The notes under the pieces: generated by a model
The model's input: the letters and a program-made list of their open reading frames with translations, nothing else
Databases searched by the model: none
What the model was told of the DNA's origin: nothing
Program-made: the position numbers and the translations under genes
Shown: in pieces, positions 29,066-38,361 of the stretch
How the letters are laid out: every line of letters starts with the position of its first letter
Numbering within the stretch: position 1 is the first letter of the stretch
From: Candidatus Hermodarchaeota archaeon
Lineage (GTDB): Archaea > Asgardarchaeota > Hermodarchaeia > Hermodarchaeales > Hermodarchaeaceae
Length of the DNA: 48,653 nt
Reading direction: 5' to 3'
NCBI GenBank assembly: GCA_016839365.1
Contig: JAEOUH010000020.1
Span: 1-48,653 of the forward strand

Positions 29066-29830
29066 CTATCTTTGGCTGCGTCCACAACGACTACAGAACT
29101 CACTATCCTCTCGTAAATCTTGACCACAAAAGATGCAAAATCCGGTTGGAGATGAGTGGGTTGAAGCCGTTTCACTTCCACCTGAAGAATACCATCCATC
29201 CGATGAAAATCCGCTGGACTCGTGAGTTCCACGAGAGGAGGTAGGGGTAAAGGGATCTGGATCTGTCAATGACTTGGAACTGTACTCTTCAGGCGCTGCG
29301 AACAACCCGCCTAAATCCACTTTTCCAGAACTAGAGGATTGGATCGCATCTCGACTCGTGCCATATCGTCCTGAATTTGTTCTTTCTCGCCAGGATTCAA
29401 ATGATTCGTGCTCGGAGAGATCATCCGAACCTGAATAAGAACGGGAATACTCGGAATCTGAAATCCCGTACTGCTCCTGTGGCCACCGGCGCTCTCCATA
29501 CCGTAGGAACTGCTGGTGGCAGTCTCTTTGGATTGCTCTGTACTCCTCCTTTGAGATTCCCAGCAATTCAATGGCTTGATCTCTTAGATGACACTCGCGG
29601 TTCAGGTCACAACAAAATGCAAGGCTACCATAACAAGTAAGTTTCATAGCTTGTTCAGGGGTTGTTTTCCCAATTGGGCGGACCCGCTCTTTGCCAATCC
29701 AGAGTTCGTCGCCAACCGCCCGTAAGGACGTCATAGCTTGACGTTCTAATGCCTGCAGCACCTCTCTAGCTGGATATGCATGGCCGTTGATTAAGACTAC
29801 TCCCTGGGCGTAATCGGTATTCGATGACAT
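29066..29830 (-). CDS. Cys-rich domain resembling methanogenesis marker 9, Ser-rich linker and C-terminal zinc ribbon
   Basis: TCYGSLAFCC....C.LRD.A..LLGIS.EEY; C-terminal CIFCG...FCSRCG. Confidence 0.65.
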   Translation of the reverse strand: MSSNTDYAQGVVLINGHAYPAREVLQALERQAMTSLRAVGDELWIGKERVRPIGKTTPEQAMKLTCYGSLAFCCDLNRECHLRDQAIELLGISKEEYRAIQRDCHQQFLRYGERRWPQEQYGISDSEYSRSYSGSDDLSEHESFESWRERTNSGRYGTSRDAIQSSSSGKVDLGGLFAAPEEYSSKSLTDPDPFTPTSSRGTHESSGFSSDGWYSSGGSETASTHSSPTGFCIFCGQDLREDSEFCSRCGRSQR

Positions 29831-29931
29831 GGACTCATCTCTCCAGAGAAACAACAGGCAGCACGATTTATTAAACATGGTAAAACCGATTTTATACGTG
29901 AACCACCGTTGCGGAGTTTAATTCAGTGTAT

Positions 29932-30783
29932 CTATTTTGACCGTATGTATCGTTTCACTTGAATTGCAATGATATAGGAGAGGGCCGCGATAATTCCCGC
30001 AATTGCGCTGGGTGAGGCACTGATGACAAAAGAACCGGCTAGCCCAAGAAACATCGCTAAAAGCGCGATGACAAAGGTGCCAATGATGACGTTGTTGACG
30101 GTCTTCATCACCTCATTTGAAGCGGCAGCAGGCGCAATGAGAATGGCATAAACAAGGATTGCTCCCACTGCCTTAATGGTGAGGGCAATGGCGATGGCGG
30201 CGAATATCAAGAGAAGATAGTTGTAAGCTCGTGCGTTCATACCATGCGCGGTTGACCCTTCCATATCGATACTAAGGTATACAAATTCTTTCTTGAAGAG
30301 GATGAACAGGGTCACAAGGGATAGGGCGACTCCCAGTAAGAGGATGATATCCAAGTTATCGAGAAGAAGAATGTCTCCGATCAAATACCCCCAGATGACG
30401 GGTACTAGTGTAGGTGGTAAGTAGTACATCAAAAACACAGCGATGCTCATCGAAAGAGCAAAGGAGACTCCCACGGCCACTTCCATTTTTTGAGCAACCC
30501 CTCGTTCACCAGCATAAGCCGTCAGTACAGCGACAAAGACAGCAAAGATGACAGCTCCTAAAATAGGATCAAACCAAGGTGCAATGGCTGTGGCTTGCAG
30601 AAACAACGCTAATGCCACACCTCCCAATGCAGCATGGGCAACACCTGCGGTGAGAAACGATAATCCACGGAACACCACGAATGTCCCCGCTGTCGCCGCA
30701 ATTATCGATACAAGAATTGATGCAATTATTGCACGTTGAATAATTGGTGAGGTCAGAATGAGGTTTAGGGCATCAATGATCAT
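29932..30783 (-). CDS. znuB: Zn/Mn ABC transporter permease (ZnuB/ABC-3)
   Basis: VAHAALGG, YLIGDIL, KAVGAILV.A..IAPAA; hydrophobic. Confidence 0.9.
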   Translation of the reverse strand: MIIDALNLILTSPIIQRAIIASILVSIIAATAGTFVVFRGLSFLTAGVAHAALGGVALALFLQATAIAPWFDPILGAVIFAVFVAVLTAYAGERGVAQKMEVAVGVSFALSMSIAVFLMYYLPPTLVPVIWGYLIGDILLLDNLDIILLLGVALSLVTLFILFKKEFVYLSIDMEGSTAHGMNARAYNYLLLIFAAIAIALTIKAVGAILVYAILIAPAAASNEVMKTVNNVIIGTFVIALLAMFLGLAGSFVISASPSAIAGIIAALSYIIAIQVKRYIRSK

Positions 30784-31579
30784 GGCGGTCGAACCCCGAA
30801 TCTCCTGTTATGCAGTATTTGTGGCCTGCCAATTCGACAATCTTCGCCGTGGGTCCATAGACCTGCTTCAAGAGCTCAAGGTCCATGACTGCGCAGGGGT
30901 GTCCAATTCCCATGACCCTACGGTTCAACATGAGCACGTCTTTTACTACAGTGTGGATAGGGTTCAGATCATGGGTCACCATGATAATGTTGACTTGGCT
31001 TTCATTGTAGTACTCTTGGAGTGCTTCAACGATTTTCACCTGACTATCATGATCTGCTCCTGACATCGGTTCATCAAGCATCATTATTTGACCTTCTGCG
31101 GCCAAAGCTCGTGCCACTAAAACCCGTTGGCGTTGTCCCCCTGACAATTCTGGAAACGGATGGTCCCAAAGATCTAATAAATCGACACGTCGTAATGCAT
31201 CTTTAGCAAAATCCACATCTTTCCTGGAAGCCATACGTAATGGCGGCTTCTTCAGAAGGCGCCCCATCAATACAATGTCTTTAACCTTCACCGGGACTGT
31301 TGCTTCAATTTCGTCACGCTGTGGCAGGTACCTAACCATGCGTCGGATTTTCTGGTATTCTTTCCTCGTATCCAAGCCCATAACGCGCAGCGACCCTTCG
31401 GCAGGCTTAATCAAACCCAGCATCGTCTTGAGAAGGGTGGTCTTCCCTGATCCATTGGGTCCAATAATGGCCATAAAGGTTGAAGGGTCAATTGAGAAGG
31501 TGACATCCTCAAGGGCTAGGTCACCATTAGGATATTTTACTGCCAAATTTTCTGCTTCAATTAAAGGAGTTGTTACCAT
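30773..31579 (-). CDS. znuC: Zn/Mn ABC transporter ATPase (ZnuC)
   Basis: GPNGSGKTT, YLPQ, LSGGQRQRV, LDEP, VTHD. Confidence 0.92.
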   Translation of the reverse strand: MVTTPLIEAENLAVKYPNGDLALEDVTFSIDPSTFMAIIGPNGSGKTTLLKTMLGLIKPAEGSLRVMGLDTRKEYQKIRRMVRYLPQRDEIEATVPVKVKDIVLMGRLLKKPPLRMASRKDVDFAKDALRRVDLLDLWDHPFPELSGGQRQRVLVARALAAEGQIMMLDEPMSGADHDSQVKIVEALQEYYNESQVNIIMVTHDLNPIHTVVKDVLMLNRRVMGIGHPCAVMDLELLKQVYGPTAKIVELAGHKYCITGDSGFDRHDH

Positions 31580-31586
31580 CGCCTAT

Positions 31587-31979
31587 CTACTCTCCAATAA
31601 TAGCCACTTTCACAGTGACGATTTTCCGGTTTCCTTTCAGCGTTTTCACCAACTCGCGCACCTCGCTAGCCGGCCCGTTCACTACGACGACTTCAATACA
31701 CTCACCGTTTACCGTGTGAGAGTGAAGTAAAGCGTCAATGAGGCTTGCCTGGCGGTGAAGAAGGAAATTACTCTCAATGCCTTTTCCTTTCTTCCCGTAT
31801 ACAATGGTTATCACAGCGGATACTTTACCGGTGATGGTTTCAACCTCTTGGAGCTCTTTGGCTAGCGTCCTGACGGCTTGACGAAGTAGCTCTGAACGAT
31901 TAGCAAAGCCTCCAGATGATTGAAGACGGTCGAGTGTTCGCAGGTCTTGTTCATTAACTGAGATGCTAATTATGGGCAT
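31587..31979 (-). CDS. NikR-family ribbon-helix-helix metal-responsive regulator
   Basis: MPIISISV, GFANRSELLR; ACT-type C-domain with H..HSH.....C.E ligands. Confidence 0.85.
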   Translation of the reverse strand: MPIISISVNEQDLRTLDRLQSSGGFANRSELLRQAVRTLAKELQEVETITGKVSAVITIVYGKKGKGIESNFLLHRQASLIDALLHSHTVNGECIEVVVVNGPASEVRELVKTLKGNRKIVTVKVAIIGE

Positions 31980-32002
31980 GGAATCACCGTAAGGCGTTTC
32001 TG

Positions 32003-32068
32003 TTAATAAAAATACCAATAAGATTATTAATATTCGGGATTAATAAGAAATCCTAAAGAAGTTAATAA
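32003..32068. promoter_or_regulatory. Divergent promoter with repeated TTAATAA half-sites; candidate operator of the NikR-like regulator
   Basis: TTAATAA(32003)-N14-TTATTAA(32024); perfect inverted repeat TTATTAAT-N7-ATTAATAA (32024-32046); further TTAATAA at 32062. Confidence 0.55.
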
Positions 32069-32091
32069 CTTCTCATAATGCCCTTAAAAAT

Positions 32092-33171
32092 GTGATTTCT
32101 ATGCGAAAAAAACAATTGGTGGCCCTTGTTGGAATCCTATTGGTTGTCTTCGGGGTAATTAGCGGTTTCCCGAACACCTTTGCCCAATCGACCCCTGCGC
32201 TGCGTATTGCCGTTTCCATACAACCTCTAGCTGGAATCGTTCGGGAAGTTGGTGGTGTGCAGGCTGAGGTGGCCATTTTGCTTCCTGAAGGGATTGAACC
32301 GCACGCCTTCACACTCACCCAATCGGTCATTGACGCTGCCAATGCAGCAGATATGCTAGTCTTAACCGGGCATTTTGACTGGGAAGAAGAGCTCGCGACA
32401 CAAGTCGGAAAACCATATATCACTTTGCTGGATTTTGAAACCTTCGGGGCCATGCTTCTTCCGCTATTTGGACATGAAAACGCTCAACCTCCATCATTTC
32501 TTAGCAGTCAACCGCCTGATCAAAACGAAAATCTGCATGGGTACTGGCTTCTACCCAGAAATGCAATAGCCATTGCAAATGCGACACGTAACCTTTGCAT
32601 CTCGCTTAACTCGACCTACACGCAATATTGGGAAAGCCGTTTCACAGAGTTTGTCACCGAAGTCACCGCTTTTGAAACCTTCGTTTTAGAACAGAACTTT
32701 TTGCATCAGCTATCCAACAAGAAAGTGATTATCACCTTTCCTGCAGAAGCCTACATTGCTGAAACCCTAGGTCTACAAGTGAAGGGGTTACTAATGGAAA
32801 GTGAAAACGTCTTCATTTCAGGTCCTGAACTCATAGCCATTGAACAGGCATTGCAAAATGGATCAATCGACCTCATATTGGCCTCTGATGTCGCCCAGCT
32901 TCAAGCTGCTGGTGAATTTGCCCAACAGCTTTCAGCTGATTCTGGGGTTCCACTGGTTTGGATCCGAGCAGTATTTTCCACACTCGAAGATTATGTGGGA
33001 ATAATGGCTTACAATACCGGTGTCATCACTACCGGCATCAGTGTTGGTATTCCCCCAGCCGCAGATTTCCTTTCAATTAGTATGCCAGTCATCATCCTAG
33101 CAGCAGTTCTTGCCGTTCTCGTTGTTATCGAACTTATTCTGTTAATTCGTTGTTCTCGCGCACAGGAATAA
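32092..33171 (+). CDS. znuA: Zn/Mn ABC transporter substrate-binding protein (ZnuA-like) with signal peptide and C-terminal TM anchor
   Basis: RKK plus hydrophobic signal, SIQPL, EPHAF, NLHGYWLLP.NA, C-terminal hydrophobic helix. Confidence 0.88.
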   Translation: MISMRKKQLVALVGILLVVFGVISGFPNTFAQSTPALRIAVSIQPLAGIVREVGGVQAEVAILLPEGIEPHAFTLTQSVIDAANAADMLVLTGHFDWEEELATQVGKPYITLLDFETFGAMLLPLFGHENAQPPSFLSSQPPDQNENLHGYWLLPRNAIAIANATRNLCISLNSTYTQYWESRFTEFVTEVTAFETFVLEQNFLHQLSNKKVIITFPAEAYIAETLGLQVKGLLMESENVFISGPELIAIEQALQNGSIDLILASDVAQLQAAGEFAQQLSADSGVPLVWIRAVFSTLEDYVGIMAYNTGVITTGISVGIPPAADFLSISMPVIILAAVLAVLVVIELILLIRCSRAQE

Positions 33172-33227
33172 CTGTCCGAAATCCTTTTTACAGGGTTTGG
33201 GAAGGATGCCTCGAAGTTGATTCAAAG

Positions 33228-33419
33228 ATGACGGTTGTTGCTTGCCCTCAATGTGGCTTTCAATTCGACACTAGTTATGGTCGCATAATGGCCTGTGGTA
33301 GTTGTCCTTCGGCAACCATAGGGAATTGTGGCTTTGCTAAGTGCCCTCGATGCCAACATGAATTCCCTTTGAATGAAAGTGGAGAGCAGGCTCAACAATT
33401 TGGTCGTCGCGTTGCCTAA
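33228..33419 (+). CDS. Small Cys-rich zinc-ribbon protein (63 aa)
   Basis: CPQC, CGSC, C, CPRC; follows znuA. Confidence 0.65.
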   Translation: MTVVACPQCGFQFDTSYGRIMACGSCPSATIGNCGFAKCPRCQHEFPLNESGEQAQQFGRRVA

Positions 33420-33423
33420 CAAG

Positions 33424-36318
33424 CTACTCTAAAAAGAGTGCTGGACGGCCCGGTAACGCTTTGGGTGCCCGATTCTCAGGATCCTTGGTGGGTTTGTCAC
33501 CATCTTGAATGTCCACTTCAAATCCGGTTTCTTCTTTTATTAGGTCACGGTTTTCGGATATAGCCTTGGTTTCCGTTGCTTTATCGACGAAGGTCCAAAA
33601 TCCTCCTGTCTTGACAATGGCTTGAACTAGCTCATTGACCTCCTTTCCACGCTTCTTGAGTTTAGCATCCTTCATTAGAATCGGCATTAACTCCTGAACT
33701 GTGGGAGCCGCATTAGCTTTCGTCACTTTTTTCAATGCCATATATTTCCAGGCAGGGCTGATGTAGATGTGAACGGTCCTCACATCCTTTCCTTTGAGTA
33801 GCTTTCTGATTTCCTTGATGTCTGAAATGGTATTTAGTACGACATCCATTGCTTTCTCGATTTTGTCATCGATGAATTGTTCCTCAGGTTTTGGCCAGAC
33901 TTCAAGAGAGACGAATGAAATACTGCCTAACTGTTCCCAGATTTCTTCGCTTAAATGAGGCATGATTGGGGTGAGTAATTTCACCCATCGAATGACAATA
34001 TAACGCAAGACCGCATCACGTTCGGCGCTGTTTTTCTTCATCCGCCGCAAATAGAATTCGACATTTGTTAGTAGTTGAAAGAACGTTTCTATCGCATAAG
34101 TTCGGAAGTGCATCGCTTCTAATGCTTCTGTTGCCCTTTGGATTGCAGTGTTGATTCTTGAGAGAATCCAGCGACTCATCATGCTGAGCCTTGTTTCATC
34201 TAGTGGCATTTCAGGAAGTTTTGCACCTTCCTCCAGAATGTTAGTTAACCGCTTAATACGGCGTTGTATGGTGGTAACATCTTTCTCCCTCCAATCGACA
34301 AGAGCTTGTAAATCTCCGATTTGGCTAATATAAAGACGGTAAAGATCTGCTCCGTACCGTTTTGGAATTTCAGCCATGGGTATGAAATTGCCCTTGCTTT
34401 TGCTCATCTTCTCACCTTGATGAATTACATATTCATTGATTGTAATCGCCTTTGGCCAGTATCGTTCAGGGAATAATGCTGCATGGTGGAAGATAAAGAA
34501 GGAAAGATGATTGGTTATGTGTCCGACAGCGGTGTGTCGTTGATCGTTGGGGTACCAGTACTCGACTTCTGATCGCATTGCCCTTAGTGTTTCTTCGGAT
34601 ATTCTTGTTTTTTCAGCGACCTTTTGAATTTCTCCCTCTCCTAAAAGGACATAATCAAAGAAAATTAAATCCAATTGCTGGGTAGTGATTTGGTTAGTTC
34701 TGATGTGATGGATAATTAGGTAGAAGACCATGTAGATTGTCGAATCGGAAAGCGATTCAATGACCCATTTTCGGTCAAAGGGTAACTTGGTTCCTAAACC
34801 ACGTTTTCGGGCTGCTGGGCGCTGTTTCAGCCAATCAAAGGTGGATTCGAATAGTCTGCGGTACACCTCGGGGTAAATGAGCATCTGATTTAAGGCCTTC
34901 GTTGCCATTGCCTTCCATCCTGGATTGCCGTAATTGAGAAACCACTGATCAGGCAAGACCGCGACAACGACTTCACTACCACATCGACAGACGACTGTTT
35001 TCTGGTCGGGTTGATAGAATAGAAAAGCTCGCTTTTGGTTTTCAAGATAGTTAATGACTTCTTCTTTGATTTCACTCACTTTTCGACCAGAAAAAGGTCC
35101 CGTATTGGTTCTCATGATGCCTTGATAGTATTCTGCTTTGTATAGTGTCTCTGTAGCTTCGTCAAGTTTGGCCGTCGCTTTTTGGTTCTTGATCTGCATC
35201 CTCTCAGTTAACTCGATTGCTGGGTGGTTGCCAAAACCTTCGATGGTGATTATGGAAATGGGTTCGATTGCTTTTACAGCATCAAAATCTAGTTTGAAAC
35301 CCTGAATTGCGGTTTTTGTCTGCTGGATATCCTGCAGTGCGACCCAGTCGAATGGGGCGTGAGATGGAACACTGTAGACTATTCCAGTGCCATTATCTGG
35401 GTTGACGAATTCCGCTGGTAGAATTAGTAGTTCTCGATCGTCAACTGGTGATTTACAGGTTTTTCCAATGAACTCCATCCCAGGGATTTCTTCTAATCGT
35501 TTTGAACGGTGGCCTTGGTTAACCAGTTTTCGGACTGCTGGTTTAGCTACATACCAGATTTCTTCATCAACTTGTATTTTCGAATACTCGGTAGATGGAT
35601 TGATCCAGACATTGGTTACGCCATATACCGTTTCTGGGCGTAGAGTTGCTGCAATTAAGAATCCATCTTCGAATGGGAATTTAATTGCCACAAACTCGGC
35701 TACCTTTGCTGTTTCGCCCTTCAATAAGTCATCTTCGCCAACGGCGTTTCCACAGGACACACAATAGAGGATGGGATATTTACCCTTGGTAATATATCCG
35801 AGTTTTTGTAGGTTGATGAACTGCCAGGTTACAAAAGCATGATATTCGGGATCGTCAGTGGTGAATTTGCGCCGCCAATCAATTGAATAGCCTAATTTTC
35901 GGAAGTCGCTTTCGAAGACGTTCGTAAAGAATTGTGCAATAGCCTTTAAATCCGTAAAGGTTGCCAGCACTGATTCAATGTCTTTCTTCGGTCGATAGTA
36001 TCCAATGCTGGAACGGTATTCTTTCAGTATGACTGGATCTTTGTCACGGATTCGTTTTGCTACTCCCGCAACAGGTGTTCCAGTTACATGGGCCGCCATG
36101 GGCCACAGGACATTGAAACCACGCATGCGCTTATATCGAGCAATAATATCTCCGATTGTATAGGTTCGACCATGCCCCACATGCATCGGTGCGTTGGCAT
36201 ACGGGTAAGGGACAGTTAGATAGAATTTGGGACGTTGAGGATTAGGGTCTGCTTCAAATGCCTGCGCTTCGCGCCATCGCATTTGCCACTTTGGCTCAAT
36301 CTCTTTAGGGTCAATCAT
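33424..36318 (-). CDS. leuS: Leucyl-tRNA synthetase (archaeal/eukaryotic type)
   Basis: PYPY..MHVGH, DWRRKFTT, ATLRPET, SVPSHAPFD, IESLSDSTIY, NHL, KMSKSKGN, PGRPA. Confidence 0.97.
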   Translation of the reverse strand: MIDPKEIEPKWQMRWREAQAFEADPNPQRPKFYLTVPYPYANAPMHVGHGRTYTIGDIIARYKRMRGFNVLWPMAAHVTGTPVAGVAKRIRDKDPVILKEYRSSIGYYRPKKDIESVLATFTDLKAIAQFFTNVFESDFRKLGYSIDWRRKFTTDDPEYHAFVTWQFINLQKLGYITKGKYPILYCVSCGNAVGEDDLLKGETAKVAEFVAIKFPFEDGFLIAATLRPETVYGVTNVWINPSTEYSKIQVDEEIWYVAKPAVRKLVNQGHRSKRLEEIPGMEFIGKTCKSPVDDRELLILPAEFVNPDNGTGIVYSVPSHAPFDWVALQDIQQTKTAIQGFKLDFDAVKAIEPISIITIEGFGNHPAIELTERMQIKNQKATAKLDEATETLYKAEYYQGIMRTNTGPFSGRKVSEIKEEVINYLENQKRAFLFYQPDQKTVVCRCGSEVVVAVLPDQWFLNYGNPGWKAMATKALNQMLIYPEVYRRLFESTFDWLKQRPAARKRGLGTKLPFDRKWVIESLSDSTIYMVFYLIIHHIRTNQITTQQLDLIFFDYVLLGEGEIQKVAEKTRISEETLRAMRSEVEYWYPNDQRHTAVGHITNHLSFFIFHHAALFPERYWPKAITINEYVIHQGEKMSKSKGNFIPMAEIPKRYGADLYRLYISQIGDLQALVDWREKDVTTIQRRIKRLTNILEEGAKLPEMPLDETRLSMMSRWILSRINTAIQRATEALEAMHFRTYAIETFFQLLTNVEFYLRRMKKNSAERDAVLRYIVIRWVKLLTPIMPHLSEEIWEQLGSISFVSLEVWPKPEEQFIDDKIEKAMDVVLNTISDIKEIRKLLKGKDVRTVHIYISPAWKYMALKKVTKANAAPTVQELMPILMKDAKLKKRGKEVNELVQAIVKTGGFWTFVDKATETKAISENRDLIKEETGFEVDIQDGDKPTKDPENRAPKALPGRPALFLE

Positions 36319-36342
36319 TGTATCGAACCTCCCCTAGGTTGC

Positions 36343-36483
36343 AGGAGCTTGCCTTCAAAAGGGTTCTCTTTCGTCGCGATCCCCTCCATAATCTGGGGTA
36401 GTTAGTTTTTTGCGAAGAATTAATTGTTTGGGAGAAAGTCATACCACACGGGGATCACTTCGCAGAGAAGATTGAAGGCTCCT
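36343..36483. ncRNA. Putative structured RNA element (leuS leader or ncRNA); strand unresolved
   Basis: Four nested complementary helices AGGAG/CTCCT, CCTTCAA/TTGAAGG, TTCTCT/AGAGAA, GATCCCC/GGGGATC. Confidence 0.5.
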
Positions 36484-36566
36484 AACTTAAAGGTTTCGCC
36501 AAAACCTGCGAACCGAAAGCAAATAAGTCTCCTCTACGAGGTTCTGATAGCGGGTGTGTCTACTCA

Positions 36567-37325
36567 ATGTCCAAACTCCGGTGCCCTGAGTGCCTTGTTC
36601 AGTTGGAATCCCAAGACGCCGTCTGCCCCCAGTGTGGATATCGAATTCGGACGGAGCAGTTCGAACGCATCCTTCCTTTTATGAAACGTCCCGAACAACA
36701 ATGGGAAAGTCGACTAACTTTATGGCAACGACTCTGGGGCGTGCTTCGCTTTCCTTCCATTGCTTTTTGGGATATCGCACACGACACAGATACACGCGGA
36801 CCAGCTTTGATTTTCTTGGGAAATCTTGCAGCCATCTCGCTTTGGTATGTTGCAATGGCGCTACACGTTGTTGATGCTGGCCCTCTGCTCTTGTACGGGT
36901 TTGTTGGAGTATTTGCAATTCTGTCGTTGTTATACCTACTCTTGAACCTAGTGTATTTCGGAATCATGCATGCGATAATCAACTATTCTGGTCGTGAGGG
37001 GGATTTCTCGAAAACCTTTCTCATGGGGCAGTACGCGCTGTTTCCGTTTCTTCTTACGAATCTTCTCTCATTTGGGCTTCTCTCCGTCGGTCTTCCTCCC
37101 ACTACCTGGGCAAACATGACGGTTTTGTACCTTCATCCCATATGGCTAGCAGTCTACGCACTTGCCAGCATTGCAGTCTTATGGGGCGCTCTGATTTTAT
37201 CACTAGGAATCCGTGAAAGCTATCGGATGCCTTCAATGACTGCCCTAATCATCACTATGAGTGTTACTCTTTTTATCGTCGTAGTGGCGATCTTAGTTCG
37301 GTTGACCGTTATTCCGATTATTTAA
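36567..37325 (+). CDS. Zinc-ribbon plus Yip1-domain membrane protein
   Basis: CPEC...CPQCG, then WGVLRFPSIAFWDI and ~5 TM helices, GxF.KT...YA..P. Confidence 0.75.
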   Translation: MSKLRCPECLVQLESQDAVCPQCGYRIRTEQFERILPFMKRPEQQWESRLTLWQRLWGVLRFPSIAFWDIAHDTDTRGPALIFLGNLAAISLWYVAMALHVVDAGPLLLYGFVGVFAILSLLYLLLNLVYFGIMHAIINYSGREGDFSKTFLMGQYALFPFLLTNLLSFGLLSVGLPPTTWANMTVLYLHPIWLAVYALASIAVLWGALILSLGIRESYRMPSMTALIITMSVTLFIVVVAILVRLTVIPII

Positions 37326-38361
37326 AGACAGCCAACAGTTTCAATGGTTGTGCTAGTGCAGCATCAATGATAAAAAGCGGTTCTTTGTCTTTCATCCGAA
37401 GTTTTCCAAAGACCTGTTCATCCTCTAAGACTTTCCCACGCAAGATGATTTTGGGATCTTGCATTCCGAAGGTCATAATCAATCTGTTTTTCAATTCTGC
37501 CACAGTTTCTTTCCGACCTACTGCGTAGATTTCACCTTCCAGGCGGAATCGGTCACTACATAAAAAGCAATTGGGGTTTCGGGCGAGTTTCAGAATTGTG
37601 AATTGCTGATGAAGGCTGTCATAGAAGAGATAATTGTCAAGGGGAGATCCCACCCCTAGAAGTTGTTTCAAAACTTCTTGAAACTGAATTCCTGCTATTA
37701 TGGTGGCGACGCTGAGGAGGGCGGGGAACTTGGGAAGTGGTTCTTCCACTTTCCTTTGTTTTCCTGGAGGCGTACAAGCTTTTTGTAAGCGTTCAGCAGG
37801 CACCAATGGTTGGCATTCCAGGCAGGCAGTGTCAAAAGGAACAACACGTTGAACATTCCCCCACCAACCATACATACCCCCATGAATGAAGACTTTATTC
37901 TTTTGGACGCAAAGTGAGTTCAACCAACGTCGGGCCTCAAAGGTATCAAGCCCATCAACAATCAGGTCCGCTTCCTCATAGATGGAGTGACGCACATCTT
38001 GGATTGCGCAGTTTAAGGCAAGTACATGTACATCTGGGTTCATTTCACGAAGCCGTTGGCCCGCAACGACAGCTTTTGCTTTGCCTACATCTTCATCATG
38101 GTACAAGAATTGGCGACTTAGATTCGATAATTCGATCGTATCAAAGTCAATTATTACAACCTTGCCAATTCCAGTGAGAACCAAATCCACAGCAATGATT
38201 GTGCCTAAGGCTCCCATACCTGCTACGACAACCGTTGACTGTGAGAGTTTTTCCTGATTCCAATCGTCTAGGAGTAATTGACGGGCATACCTCTCAGTGC
38301 CATGATACACGGGGACCTTTTTTTTCTGTTCGACAACCTGCTCATCCATGGCTAATTTCAT
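37318..38361 (-). CDS. Ubiquitin-activating enzyme E1 (ThiF/UBA) with C-terminal ubiquitin-fold domain
   Basis: RYARQ, GMGALG, DFDTIELSNLSRQFL, DGLD...RRWLN, CLEC, catalytic ACT, NPNCFLC; ATGA overlap with the E2 stop (alternative start 38349). Confidence 0.92.
   Translation of the reverse strand: MKLAMDEQVVEQKKKVPVYHGTERYARQLLLDDWNQEKLSQSTVVVAGMGALGTIIAVDLVLTGIGKVVIIDFDTIELSNLSRQFLYHDEDVGKAKAVVAGQRLREMNPDVHVLALNCAIQDVRHSIYEEADLIVDGLDTFEARRWLNSLCVQKNKVFIHGGMYGWWGNVQRVVPFDTACLECQPLVPAERLQKACTPPGKQRKVEEPLPKFPALLSVATIIAGIQFQEVLKQLLGVGSPLDNYLFYDSLHQQFTILKLARNPNCFLCSDRFRLEGEIYAVGRKETVAELKNRLIMTFGMQDPKIILRGKVLEDEQVFGKLRMKDKEPLFIIDAALAQPLKLLAVFK

Noticed and set aside
36343-36483. SRP RNA, RNase P RNA, T-box or SECIS identity for the structured element
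   Set aside because: Too short for SRP/RNase P and lacks their conserved motifs; no T-box consensus and no in-frame UGA gene nearby
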